DNA of 64,000 nucleotides, from NCBI GenBank assembly GCA_963733055.1, contig CAVTBR010000002.1, positions 256,001 through 320,000 on the forward strand, written 5' to 3'. The notes below the pieces were generated by a model. That model ran no database searches and was not told the DNA's origin. It was given only the letters and a program-made list of their open reading frames with translations. The stretch's first letter is position 1; each line of letters opens with the position of its first letter. A program made the position numbers and the translations under genes. The stretch is from Candidatus Bathyarchaeota archaeon. Lineage in GTDB: Archaea > Thermoproteota > Bathyarchaeia > 40CM-2-53-6. Positions 48,742 to 59,200 of this stretch are shown here, piece after piece.

Positions 48742-49998
48742 TTAGGACGCTTTGTAGCGTAGGATCGCAGCGATTCCGCCGAACGAGTCCTTCAACATAA
48801 CTCCTTCATCTGTCTCAGTGGAGATTATTGCGATCTTCGCATTTTGCTTCTCGGCAATGTCGATCAACTCGTCGACCAGATCCACCGAGTTTTCAACGTA
48901 GAGCGCAGTTGCGTTGCATTTCTTGCAAGGTGTCGACATGAGATCCTGTTCGAACTTGACCAAGTTTGCTTGCGGAATTAGTGAGTCGTCCAAGTTGCCG
49001 CAGTTCTTGCACTTGGTGAAGACGTGCAAGATGTTCATCTTCTCAGATACCAGAAGCAGGTCGACAACGCCTGAGTTCAGGTACTTCCGGACTTGCGTTT
49101 CCCCGTAGACGCCGATGCCCGTCTCGTGTCCGATCTCGTAAAGGAACTTCTGTACTAGCTTCTTCTCTTCTAGGTAGCGTACGCCTTTGAGAACTTCTTG
49201 GCTTTTGTTGATTATTTCTTCGACGCCCTGCTCACCGGTGTAGGATGTGTCTATCGTCGCCAGAATCTTCTCTTTGAGCTGGTATTGCAGGTAGTCGCCT
49301 TCTTCGAAGTCATACTTGGTCGGCCCCGGCCCCCCAAGAATTATTCCCTTTAATCCCTGCACTTTGCTAAGCGACTCGTACGAGTGTGTTGCTACTCGCC
49401 TGAAATAGTCGTTCATCGCTTGCTCTCTAATTCTTTCGAATCGCCTTGCCGATTGGCCCCCAGCCCTGTGTTTCCCCGGTATGCCGGAAGTAAAATTTTG
49501 GAGGATCTCCATTCTCTGGCCTCTCACGATACCTACTGTCGCCTCTTGCGAGTCGATGACTATGACGCCGAAAGCGTCGCGTTCTGTAACCATCGCCAAG
49601 AGTGGTTCGGTATGAAATTTCGCGTCGCAGCGGTAGAAGTAGACGTTTATGGGTTCGGGAGGCTCTAAGGCATAGAGCTCCATCTTCTCGGTTCCGGGCC
49701 CATCCCTTGGAATCGCCCCGCAGAAAATCACAAGCCCATTCTTGGGCGGTTCCTTGAACAATTTCAGACGTTGAGTGGTCCTATCTATCGCATCCTGAAC
49801 ATTCTTCCTAGTGGTGCGTGACTTGATGTTAGAGGCGGTTCCGTACTCTTCCCGCAGGTTTGCCATTACCTCGTGAATCTTCCGCCCTGGCGGCACGTAA
49901 AGCGTGATCAGTTCGGTACCGCGCCCTTCCTTGGATGCGAGCATTTCCAATGTCCTTTTGAGCCGAAATCGTGCGACGGAGTCTGCGGTGGCTGACAT
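48742..49998 (-). CDS. prf1: Peptide chain release factor aRF1
   Basis: TASNIKS, YRCDAKF, GGQSARRF and FGGIAAILRY. Confidence 0.97.
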   Translation of the reverse strand: MSATADSVARFRLKRTLEMLASKEGRGTELITLYVPPGRKIHEVMANLREEYGTASNIKSRTTRKNVQDAIDRTTQRLKLFKEPPKNGLVIFCGAIPRDGPGTEKMELYALEPPEPINVYFYRCDAKFHTEPLLAMVTERDAFGVIVIDSQEATVGIVRGQRMEILQNFTSGIPGKHRAGGQSARRFERIREQAMNDYFRRVATHSYESLSKVQGLKGIILGGPGPTKYDFEEGDYLQYQLKEKILATIDTSYTGEQGVEEIINKSQEVLKGVRYLEEKKLVQKFLYEIGHETGIGVYGETQVRKYLNSGVVDLLLVSEKMNILHVFTKCKNCGNLDDSLIPQANLVKFEQDLMSTPCKKCNATALYVENSVDLVDELIDIAEKQNAKIAIISTETDEGVMLKDSFGGIAAILRYKAS

Positions 49999-50113
49999 TG
50001 GAAATTGCGCTAAGCATGCGTTAGGTTGCGGATTTTATATACGTTGGTCAACGGGTCGGGTTCCAAGAAATCAAATAACCCTCCAAAGAGGACTTACTGG
50101 CAAGGAACGGGCG

Positions 50114-50791
50114 TTGAAAGCAGTCATCAAACTGGGCGGCTTTGCCTTCCCGACCGGGTTGGAGAAGCCTCTAGTCACGGAATATGTGAAATTGCTCCGA
50201 GAGTTAGTGGGAGAGCACCATCTCGTAGTTGTTACCGGCGGCGGCGGGACCGCGCGCAGCTACATCAAAGCGGCTCGGGGTATGGGCGTTTCCGAGTCAC
50301 TGTGCGACCAACTCGGAATTCTCGTAAGCAGATTGAACGCACGACTACTCGTTGATGGCTTAGGAGAATATGCGTTCCCGGAGATACCTGTCAACATAGA
50401 CGAACTGAGGCATAACTTCGCCTCGGGAAAAATCGTGGCGATGGGCGGCCTAACGCCGGGACACTCAACTAACGCGGTCGCCGCCATAGCCGCGGAAACA
50501 GTAGGAGCCGAACTATTCGTTAACGCCACGGACGTCGATGGCGTGTACACCAGCGACCCTGGAAAGGATAAGGATGCGAAGAAGCTGGAGAAGGTTTCCG
50601 TAACCCAGCTTACGGAAATCCTATCAAAGACAGGCATGACGGCGGGCGACTACGATCTTATGGACCCGCTCGCACTACGCATAATCGGACGCTCCAAACT
50701 CTCCACCGTAATAGTCGACGGAAGAAAAACATCGAACGTGGCGCAAGCACTACGAAATGAAAATGTCGGCACGTCGATCGTTCACGGGTAG
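50114..50791 (+). CDS. pyrH: UMP kinase
   Basis: VIKLGG, VTGGG, GGLTPGHSTN and TDVDGVY..DP; TTG start 50114 inferred. Confidence 0.93.
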   Translation: MKAVIKLGGFAFPTGLEKPLVTEYVKLLRELVGEHHLVVVTGGGGTARSYIKAARGMGVSESLCDQLGILVSRLNARLLVDGLGEYAFPEIPVNIDELRHNFASGKIVAMGGLTPGHSTNAVAAIAAETVGAELFVNATDVDGVYTSDPGKDKDAKKLEKVSVTQLTEILSKTGMTAGDYDLMDPLALRIIGRSKLSTVIVDGRKTSNVAQALRNENVGTSIVHG

Positions 50792-50802
50792 GGGCTCTTT
50801 CC

Positions 50803-51084
50803 TTGTCAAAACTAAGCGACGTTTTCCAATCGAAGGCACAAGTAAAACTACTCGAGTACTTCCTAGACAACTCCGGCATGCAGAAGGTCTTCAACCAAGC
50901 AACCCTGGCGAATTTCCTCGGCCTATCGCCCTCCACCGTCGCGCGGATCGTGGAACCCCTGATCAAGGAAAAAATACTCTTGTACGACCGCTTTGACCGC
51001 GGAATGAAGATATTCACCCTGAATGAAGGTGAAGAAAAGACCAAGGCTTTGATCGAGTTTCATCGTAAACTCAAAGAACTATAG
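50803..51084 (+). CDS. Winged-helix DNA-binding protein
   Basis: HTH NQATLANFLGLSPSTVARIV followed by a wing. Confidence 0.8.
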   Translation: MSKLSDVFQSKAQVKLLEYFLDNSGMQKVFNQATLANFLGLSPSTVARIVEPLIKEKILLYDRFDRGMKIFTLNEGEEKTKALIEFHRKLKEL

Positions 51085-51144
51085 AACCAAAGCAGACTCA
51101 ACTACGGGCCATATCCATGGCAAATAGAAACTCGCGGTAGAATG

Positions 51145-51339
51145 TTACTTTTCACGGTTAGCTATGGATTTGAACTTGTCAGCTAATGATTCACAGATTA
51201 AAGAGCAGACTCGCCATTGTCTAAGGTTGTAGTTTATTCTCAGCTCTTCGAGAGCTTCGACGACCTTGTCCTCCTCTTCTGGCGTCACTGCTAGTCCCGT
51301 CTTGGAACCGGCGGATAATTTGGCGGAACTATTAAGCAT
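51145..51339 (-). CDS. Small hypothetical protein
   Basis: 64-aa ATG ORF filling the gap, co-oriented with cutA. Confidence 0.45.
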   Translation of the reverse strand: MLNSSAKLSAGSKTGLAVTPEEEDKVVEALEELRINYNLRQWRVCSLICESLADKFKSIANREK

Positions 51340-51377
51340 TCTCCGAATTGATCGTGTGCGTCGTGTGCTATTCTCTT

Positions 51378-51692
51378 TTAGGAGCGTGTTTCATTATCCA
51401 ACCATTTCAGGTAAGAAGTTAAGCCGTCGTTGATCTTCAGCGAAACTATTTCCGGAACTTGAGATCGATTGAGTGCACAGATTCGTGTTTTCAGTCTTGC
51501 GAATGATTCTGATCTGGTCTTGATTATGAGAAGCCATTCGGATTCATTTTGGAGTTTATTATTCCAACGAAAGAAGGAAGTCACGGGCAGTATGTTTACG
51601 CATGCCGCGAGTCTTCTCTTCACGAGCTCTCGCGCGATCAGTCTGGCTTCCCTTTTGCTTCCACAAGTTGAGAGCACTACAACCCGGACCAT
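51378..51692 (-). CDS. cutA: Divalent-cation tolerance protein CutA
   Basis: RLAACVNI, S.F.W, E..LIIKT, VPEI and YLKW. Confidence 0.92.
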   Translation of the reverse strand: MVRVVVLSTCGSKREARLIARELVKRRLAACVNILPVTSFFRWNNKLQNESEWLLIIKTRSESFARLKTRICALNRSQVPEIVSLKINDGLTSYLKWLDNETRS

Positions 51693-51747
51693 GTATGTTC
51701 CAGAATGTTTTAGTTGAACACCCTAATTTCACTGCCGAAGACCTAGA

Positions 51748-52905
51748 TTGACATCCCCACTGATCCTTCTCGCCAGCTACATCGCGGTCTGGGCGGTCAT
51801 ATGCATAGCATGGTGGGGCTTCAGAGCGGAGAGGTTTGGAATCAGTGGACCTCCCTACTACTTGATCTACCGAACCGCCCGCCTAAATAAGTGGATTGAA
51901 AGAATTTCCTCGTTCAGGCCAACCGCTTGGCGAACGATCTGGAACGTGGGCATCGTTACCGCATTCGGACTGATGGTGTTGGCATTCGATTTTCTCGGCA
52001 AGAATTTGACATTCCTCATAGTCAAACCCCAACAGGCAGGCGCCATTCAACCAATTATACCCATACCGGGAGTTGGCGTTTCCTTCGAAACCTTCCCATA
52101 CCTAATTCTTGCGTTATCCGTGCTCCTCGCGTCCCATGAGCTGTCACACGGAATAGCAAGCCTAGGCGAACACATTCCACTCAAATCTACCGGTCTGCTT
52201 TTCGTACATGTCGTAATGGGGGGATTCGTTGAACCCGAAGAAGAGAAATTGAGCCAGGCCAGGAACATTTCGAAGCTTCGAGTCTTCGCCGCGGGATCGT
52301 ACGCGAATGTTGTTCTTGGGGTTCTTTTCTTATTTCTCCTCGCGAATTTCGCTGCGACGACCGCGGTATTCTACACCAACGGCGGCGTCTCAATAAACTC
52401 AATCTCAACCACTTTGCCCGTATACAGCTCAGGGCTCCACATTGGCGATACCGTGACAAGCATAAACTCGACAAGAATCTCGGATATTGCTGAGCTGCGA
52501 AGCTACATGGGGTCAGTGACACCCGGAGAAGTAATTTTGCTTGGGACTCAGCGAGGAACATTTCAAGTCAAGACAACCGCAGACCCCAGCAATTCTAGCC
52601 ATGCATTGATCGGCATTTCGTTAGGCGACGCGTACAATGCCAAGATACCGTCTCTCGCATTTATCCAACCCCAGACCGTCGGCAATGCGGAGTTCTGGCT
52701 CGCGAATGTCCTCATTAGCGTTGCTTTCATCAACATGTTACCTATGCCCATTTTTGATGGATCCAAGTTCCTTGACGTAATCTTGGATGCATTTCGGATC
52801 AAGAGAGCCAAAGAAGTTCGAATGACTATCTATGCTGTCTCCATAGCGCTACTAGCATTGAATGTGATCATATCTTGGATTAGATTCGGCTTCCTAAGGT
52901 ACTGA
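51748..52905 (+). CDS. Site-2 protease (M50) with PDZ domain
   Basis: SHELSH, FVEP, AGS..N and NMLP.PIFDG. Confidence 0.92.
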   Translation: MTSPLILLASYIAVWAVICIAWWGFRAERFGISGPPYYLIYRTARLNKWIERISSFRPTAWRTIWNVGIVTAFGLMVLAFDFLGKNLTFLIVKPQQAGAIQPIIPIPGVGVSFETFPYLILALSVLLASHELSHGIASLGEHIPLKSTGLLFVHVVMGGFVEPEEEKLSQARNISKLRVFAAGSYANVVLGVLFLFLLANFAATTAVFYTNGGVSINSISTTLPVYSSGLHIGDTVTSINSTRISDIAELRSYMGSVTPGEVILLGTQRGTFQVKTTADPSNSSHALIGISLGDAYNAKIPSLAFIQPQTVGNAEFWLANVLISVAFINMLPMPIFDGSKFLDVILDAFRIKRAKEVRMTIYAVSIALLALNVIISWIRFGFLRY

Positions 52906-52910
52906 CAACG

Positions 52911-53834
52911 ATGCCTAACACAACCTGCTCATACTGCGCAGGCCAAGCCGTATACGTGCGAGAGCATGAAGGAGTAAGATTCTGTTCCGCGTGTTTTCGG
53001 GAAGCGATCGAAGACAAGTTCCGCAAAACAGTCATCAAACACAAGATGCTAGAGTACAACGATCACGTCGCCGTTGCGGTTTCTGGGGGAAAGGACAGCC
53101 TCACGCTGTTGAACCTTCTCGTGAAGCTTGAGGGAAGGTTTCCGCGGACGAAGATTACGGCGGTAAGCGTTGATGAAGGGATTGATGGGTACAGGGATGA
53201 GGCGCTTGACCTGGCGCGGAAGGCTTGTGATAGTCTGGGGGTGAGGCAGGTGGTTGTGTCCTACCGCGAACTATTCGGAATCTCGACCGACGAGATCGCA
53301 GAGATGAAGCTGGGACAGACGCCTTGCTCCTATTGCGGTGTGTTTCGGAGGAAGGCGATCAACAAGGCGGCGGTTATGGTTGGGGCGACCAAGATTGCTA
53401 CGGCCCATAACTTGGATGACGAGGTTCAGACGATTCTTCTGAACATGATGCACGGCGACCCGGTTAGAATCGTCCGGTCGGGTCCGGTTCTGCATGACCC
53501 GAGGGGCAAGTTTCTCCCTCGCATCAAACCCCTCGCTGAGATACCTGAGAAAGAGATCGTGCTCTACGCTTTCCTAAGCGGAACGGAATTTCAGACCATA
53601 ACCTGCCCGCACGGCCATGAGGCGCTAAGGAACGACATTCGCAACTTTCTGAACCAGATGGACCTCAGACACCCCGGCAGCAAATTCACCCTCCAGAAGT
53701 CAGCCGAGAGGTTGCGAACCTTGCTCGCCGCTCAAGCACCGTTAGCAGACCTAAGGGAATGCGAGAAATGTGGAGATCCGACGCCTCACGATCTTTGTGA
53801 AGCATGTTTGATGCTCGGGGCAATAGCCGCATAA
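52911..53834 (+). CDS. TtuA/Ncs6-like tRNA 2-thiolation protein (TIGR00269 family)
   Basis: Terminal Zn fingers, SGGKDS PP-loop, CSYCGVFRR, TAHNLDD and CPH. Confidence 0.9.
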   Translation: MPNTTCSYCAGQAVYVREHEGVRFCSACFREAIEDKFRKTVIKHKMLEYNDHVAVAVSGGKDSLTLLNLLVKLEGRFPRTKITAVSVDEGIDGYRDEALDLARKACDSLGVRQVVVSYRELFGISTDEIAEMKLGQTPCSYCGVFRRKAINKAAVMVGATKIATAHNLDDEVQTILLNMMHGDPVRIVRSGPVLHDPRGKFLPRIKPLAEIPEKEIVLYAFLSGTEFQTITCPHGHEALRNDIRNFLNQMDLRHPGSKFTLQKSAERLRTLLAAQAPLADLRECEKCGDPTPHDLCEACLMLGAIAA

Positions 53835-54027
53835 TGCCATTCGTCTGGCCGTAGTCGCGCAACCTCCGCTGGGGAGAGGGGTGAGCCACACCCCTCGAAA
53901 AGGGTGGGCCACACCCTTCAGAGGCTGGGCTTGCATGAACGCCTTCAGCTGAAAGTTGTCATTCTGCCAATACAAGGAGGCAGACATTCGTTCGTTGTGG
54001 TTGGGGTTGGAGTGTGGTTGGGACGGT

Positions 54028-54034
54028 TTATATG
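54028..54034 (+). promoter_or_regulatory. TATA box of the SRP RNA gene
   Basis: TTTATAT about 25 nt upstream of the SRP 5' end. Confidence 0.65.
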
Positions 54035-54056
54035 ACGACTTCAGCCCTTTTTGTTT

Positions 54057-54384
54057 TGGCGGTGGTAGGAGGATCGGGGAGCCAGCCGTTCCCTGTGACC
54101 CGAAATCGGCTATACGCGGGGACCCGTTAACCCGGGGGAGAGGTAGCTCTGGACTCAGGTAGGCCTTCAGGGTCAACGATGAGATTCTGCCCCACCGGGC
54201 CAGCGTAGGAAGGAACCCTTCTGAAGGGAAGCGTTTACTTCTTCATCGTCGAACCCGATGAGGCTCGGAAGAGAGCAGTCGTAAGGCGAGCGCCCAGGCG
54301 CTGATGGGATCACAGGGTTTAGGAAATTCTGAAGAAACCGCCCGAGCGAAGAATACCAATTCAACGGGGATGCTGCCACCGCCA
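54057..54384 (+). ncRNA. ffs: Archaeal signal recognition particle (7S) RNA
   Basis: Terminal helix TGGCGGTGGTAG/CTGCCACCGCCA; Alu domain with UGUGA and loop-loop AGCCG/CGGCT; helix 8 GAGGCTCGGAAGAGAGCAG with a GGAA tetraloop. Confidence 0.93.
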
Positions 54385-54637
54385 TAATCCGAATGATTGT
54401 AGGTTTTGGTTCTGACGCTCAATAGTGAAAGTGAAGTATGCTTTAGCGGCAATGTGGTGCTTTAGAGTTAGGAAATCTCTTTTTGCCAGCAGAAGAATGA
54501 AAGAACGTTCAAGCTGACATCCAACCTGCTGTACGTTACGGTCGGCTTCTCGCTCGTAGAACAGTAAGTGGTTGATGTTGATTCAGAACGTTTCTAAGCG
54601 GAGCAGCTAGGTAATCTTAAATTCTCAGCACAGAAAA

Positions 54638-55498
54638 GTGGGGAAGGGGTTTGGTCTGGCTTTGTGGAGTAGGCGCATTCTTTTCGGCCTCAGCCTCCTC
54701 CTAGCCCTAACGTTCATAACACCCGTCCACAGCTCCCCAACCCTATCCATAGACGGCTCCGGCTCAAACTCCTGCCCAGGACATAACTCATGCACTTCAT
54801 CCGCGTTCTCAACCAGCAACCCGAATGACGTGGTAATCGTCTTCGCAGTCTCCACGGGTTCCTCTTTCAATGGCCTGCCTACGGCTAGTGGTCTAAGTTT
54901 CACGGTAAGACTGTCTACGACATTCCCACCTGGTCATTTTGTGGGTGAGTGGTGGGCCATAGCCTCCACAACCCTCGCAGCGGAAACGGTTACAGTCCAC
55001 ACAACATCAACATCCACAAGTATCGGGTTGGTTGTGTGGGGTATAAGCGGAGCGAATACCGCAACCCCCTTCGACCCTTCATTGCCCTCGCCAGCAACAA
55101 GCAGCGGCACAACTCCCAGCTGTTCTCCTAGTCCTCCTTGCTCGGCTTCGATTAGCGTAACGATTCCGTCAACCTCAAACGCTAACGACATGATACTCGG
55201 CATGGCAGGTAACAATCGCGGGGACACGTCTTCGGCTGGGTCGGGAGGGTTCACTCTAATAGCAGGCCCCGCCTTCGCCGGTGCTGAGTTTAAGGTCGTA
55301 TCCTCCACGCAGAGCAGCCTCTCCGTCCCAATAACCCTCAACGACGACAACGGTGGAGTTTTCTGGGGTATGTTTGGGGACGCCGTACAAGCCGCGTCAG
55401 CCACTCCACCAATCCCAGAATACCCGCTAGGATTACCGATACTAGCAATCCTCACCATAATTGCATACGGCGTAATCAGACGCCGAACACGAAACTAA
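54638..55498 (+). CDS. Secreted Ser/Thr-rich surface protein with a PEF-CTERM-like sorting signal
   Basis: Signal peptide; C-terminal PPIPEYPLGLPILAILTIIAYGVIRRRTRN. Confidence 0.8.
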   Translation: MGKGFGLALWSRRILFGLSLLLALTFITPVHSSPTLSIDGSGSNSCPGHNSCTSSAFSTSNPNDVVIVFAVSTGSSFNGLPTASGLSFTVRLSTTFPPGHFVGEWWAIASTTLAAETVTVHTTSTSTSIGLVVWGISGANTATPFDPSLPSPATSSGTTPSCSPSPPCSASISVTIPSTSNANDMILGMAGNNRGDTSSAGSGGFTLIAGPAFAGAEFKVVSSTQSSLSVPITLNDDNGGVFWGMFGDAVQAASATPPIPEYPLGLPILAILTIIAYGVIRRRTRN

Positions 55499-55741
55499 GC
55501 CCGAGTCATCAACCGACTGGTAACAGCCCAAAGAATTTGAAGCATCAACCGTGAAGGTAACCTTACCGAATCGAGCATCTATTAATGAAAACAGGAATAG
55601 GTGCTGCCACCGCCATACATCATGTACCGACGATATCAGTGAATTCAAAACCGATTGGTCGCACAGCTTAACGCTGTCCCATTTCATTGTACGGTTAATG
55701 TTCGCGGTGAAAGACCTGGGGTACATCCTCTAGATTGAATT

Positions 55742-56212
55742 TCAAGGTCTGTTTGAGGGCTGCTTTCCTTCCGTGTCTAATTCTCGAACTTTTGTTTCGA
55801 TGAACTCGATGATCTTCCGTTCCCCATACTGCTTCGCGTCCTGTTGTCTGACCAAGTTTTCCCGGATGGCATCGAGAAGCACCTCTGTTTTCGCGGGCTT
55901 AATTATATAGCGATCTGCGCGTTTGTTTACGGCCTCGACAGCATTCTGCAGGCTTGGGTACCCGGTTACGATTATCTTGATCATCCTCGGCGCCGTCTCC
56001 TTGAGGGCTGTTAGCAGTTTTGTGCCTTCCATGTCCGGGAGGCGGATGTCGATTAGGGCGACATTGTAGAAGTTGTCCTCAGATTTCTCTATAGCATCGC
56101 TCCCAGTCTCTGCTGTATCTACGATGTACCCAGCCTCCTTCAATACCGTAGAGAACGTTTTCAGAATCTCTCGATCATCATCGACAATCAAAATCCTAGC
56201 CGAGTCGCTCAT
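55742..56212 (-). CDS. Response regulator (receiver domain plus a short helical tail, no DNA-binding domain)
   Basis: ILIVDDD, LIDIRLPD, VTG and YIIKP. Confidence 0.93.
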   Translation of the reverse strand: MSDSARILIVDDDREILKTFSTVLKEAGYIVDTAETGSDAIEKSEDNFYNVALIDIRLPDMEGTKLLTALKETAPRMIKIIVTGYPSLQNAVEAVNKRADRYIIKPAKTEVLLDAIRENLVRQQDAKQYGERKIIEFIETKVRELDTEGKQPSNRP

Positions 56213-59200
56213 GTCCCTTCAGCTCCCTGTTGACCCCTTATCAGGGGAAACTTTAGCGTGAAGGTCGTGCCTATTCCTTCCCTGCTCTCCACGGATATCG
56301 AACCTTTGTGCGAATCCACGATACGCTTGCAAATAGCCAAACCCAATCCGATTCCCTTAGGTTTTGTGGTAATTAGGGGTTTCCAAAGTTCCCGCAGTAC
56401 GTTTTCAGGAATACCTACTCCGGTATCTGAAAGTTTGAGTTCGACCCAGTTATTTGACTTATTGCTGGTTATTTCGAGTTTGCCGCCGTTCGGCATCGCC
56501 TCGACCGCATTCTTGATGAGGTTGACGATCACACGTCTGACCATGGCCGCGTCAACATTTAACCTCGGGTCGTCGGATGTCGAATCCATAACGGATATGT
56601 TCTCTGGAATCTTCACTTGGAGAAATGCATCACTTACCATCGATCTGGGAGTCGTTTCTGAGAGTTCCAACTGAGTGTCTTCCGAATATCCTAGGAGGTC
56701 ATCTACGATTCTGTCCGAGTACTGGACACTGTTCTCGATTGCTTCAAGCATCTCTTTAATTTTCTCATCGGCTATAGGAGCTAGTTTCTTCTCTAGGACG
56801 TATAATGCTGCAGAAATCGCCTGTAATGGATTGCGAAGGTCGTGGCCGACCATCGCCGCTGTCTCTCCGATTGCTGCCAGCCGCTCAGCCTTGCGCAGCC
56901 TTTCTTCAATCTCCTTTCGTTCAGTAATGTTCGTTGTCACTCCATCGGTGTACCGTACCCCATTTATCTCGTAGGTCTTGTTCGCGCTCTCATGAAGCCA
57001 GACCCATTTACCGTCAGTTCGTTGGAATCTGTAATCCACATCGAACAATTTGCCCTCTGTGAAGAGGAGTTCATAAGCCCTTTCGATAATGGGAAGGTCG
57101 TCCGGATGAATCCTCTCCTTCCAGACGTGGTAACCGCCGGTATAGACCTGATCGAGGCTGTATCCATACACCTCCCCGACGTTTGGAGTGATGAAAATAG
57201 TATTCCATTCCTGATCTGTTGTCCATACTACAACGGGGACGTTCTGGACGACAGAACGGTATTTGGCCTCACTGTCTCTTAGAGCGCCTGTTCTTTCTTC
57301 AATCAAATTCTCCAAGGTCTCAGCGCGCCGCATGTTCTCAACGGCAATCGCAGCGTGGTTGGCGAAGAGCATCAGTAAATCAAGATCCGATTGCGTGAAG
57401 CGTCGAGTTGCAGACTTCCTTATGACTTGAATTACTCCTGTTACTTGGCCTCGCCAAATCATGGGCACGCTGATCTCAGCCCCGAGGTCTCTAGCTCCAG
57501 AAATACTTACGGCACTCTCCCATTTGTTGTAATCATCGATTATGAGAGGTTTTCCGGTCTCAGCCACGCGGCCGGAGGACCCCTCACCATACTTGAGCAC
57601 AACTCCCCTGAAATCATGCGGCGTGTTGTAGCTTACCACACAACGCACCTGTCGCTTTTCAGAGTCACATAGGTCAAGTCCTCCGCCCTGTCCGTCTAAT
57701 AGGCGAACAGCTCGCTCCACAATGGACTCTAGCAGGTTTGGCAAATCACCTCGCGCTCCTGTAATGTCTAGCACGATTGCCTGAAGCGCAGCCAGTTCCT
57801 CGGCATGACGCTGCAGCTGCTCCTGCGCTTGCGTGCTCTCGACTGCTATGGCGGCGTGGTTGGCGAAGAGTTCTAGCAACTTGAGATCGGATTCCGTGAA
57901 ATGCCCTACCTCATCGTTTAGGACGTCGATAACCCCGATAACTTGACCCTGCCATAGCATGGGTGCGCTAAGGACAGCTCTGAAAGGTTGATCTTTCTCA
58001 TAGGCCGCTGCACGCCCCTCCCATGTGCGGTAGTCTTCGATAATCAGGGGTTGCCCATTCTCTGCCACCTTCCCTGCCGCACCTTCGCCATACTTGAGCA
58101 CTGTTCCGACAGCGCTTTTTCTAGTGTTGTAACTGACCGCACATCGTGCTTCCCGCCTATCAGGATCACAAATATACATTCCTCCGCTGGGAGCGCCGAC
58201 CAGTCCTGCTGCTCGTTCCACGATGGCGTTAAGCAGGGTGGGCAGATCTTGTCGACGAGTAATGTCAAGGAGGGTTGCCTGAAGCGCCTGTAGCTCTTCG
58301 GCCCGGCGATGCAGAGTCTCCTCAACACGCTTTTGATCGCTCATATCAATTATGGTGACGGCGTCCGCAGGTTTTCCGTGGAATGTGATGCGCTCCGCCC
58401 GGATGACCACGGGATATTCAATCCCGTCACGGGTCAGGGCGTTGATCTCGTAGGGCTGGACATGTTCTCCGCGTAATCGTCTTGCCATGTTTTGAGTAAT
58501 GAGGTCTCGGAATCTCGCCGGGACTAGTTTGTCGAACAGGTTGAATGACGGGGAGGTCATTTCTTCAAAAGTCCAACCTGTTTTTTCACACGCAGCCCTG
58601 TTGACATATTTCATGCGGCCGTCTTGTAGAATGGAGATCATGTTTGATGAATTCTCAACTATCGCGCGGTATTTCTCCTCGCTTTCGATTATATTCTCCT
58701 CCATCTGCTTGCGTTCGGTGACGTCCCGGAAACTCCACACTCTACCAAGAATATCTTCTCTCATTCGCTGTGGTTGCGAGTAACGCTCGAAGACTCTACC
58801 ATCCTTGAACCTGAGAGTGTCAAACGATTCCTTTTTCGGCGTAGAATACAATTCCTGCACCTTCGCAAGAAACTGCTCCGGATGCTCGAGCTGATCCAAG
58901 ACAAACTCCAGGAGCTTCGCGTCATTTTTCGTTTCCAGAAGTGGATCAGGTATACGCCACAATTCGGCGAATCTTCGATTGTAGGTTGTTACCTTCCCAT
59001 TCCTATCAACCACAAGGATTCCATCGGCGGTCGAATCGAGAGTAGCGATCTGTAATGAGAGAGACGCGTGGAGGGTTTCGTCTCTTCTCAGTCTGCTCAT
59101 TGCGGAACCAACGTGTGTTCCCAACGTTTCAAGCAGTTTCTGATCCTCATCTGAAAACGCTTTCAAGCGTTTACTTTCCACATTCAGGACACCTACGGCC

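Noticed and set aside
53876-53918. SECIS element in the 3' UTR of the ttuA-like gene
   Set aside because: The upstream gene has no in-frame TGA and the fold does not match the archaeal GAA/A internal-loop hairpin
53751-54452. ORFs 53751-54176, 53956-54162, 54173-54385 and 54243-54452
   Set aside because: They overlap the SRP RNA and the GC-rich hairpin element and have no protein motifs
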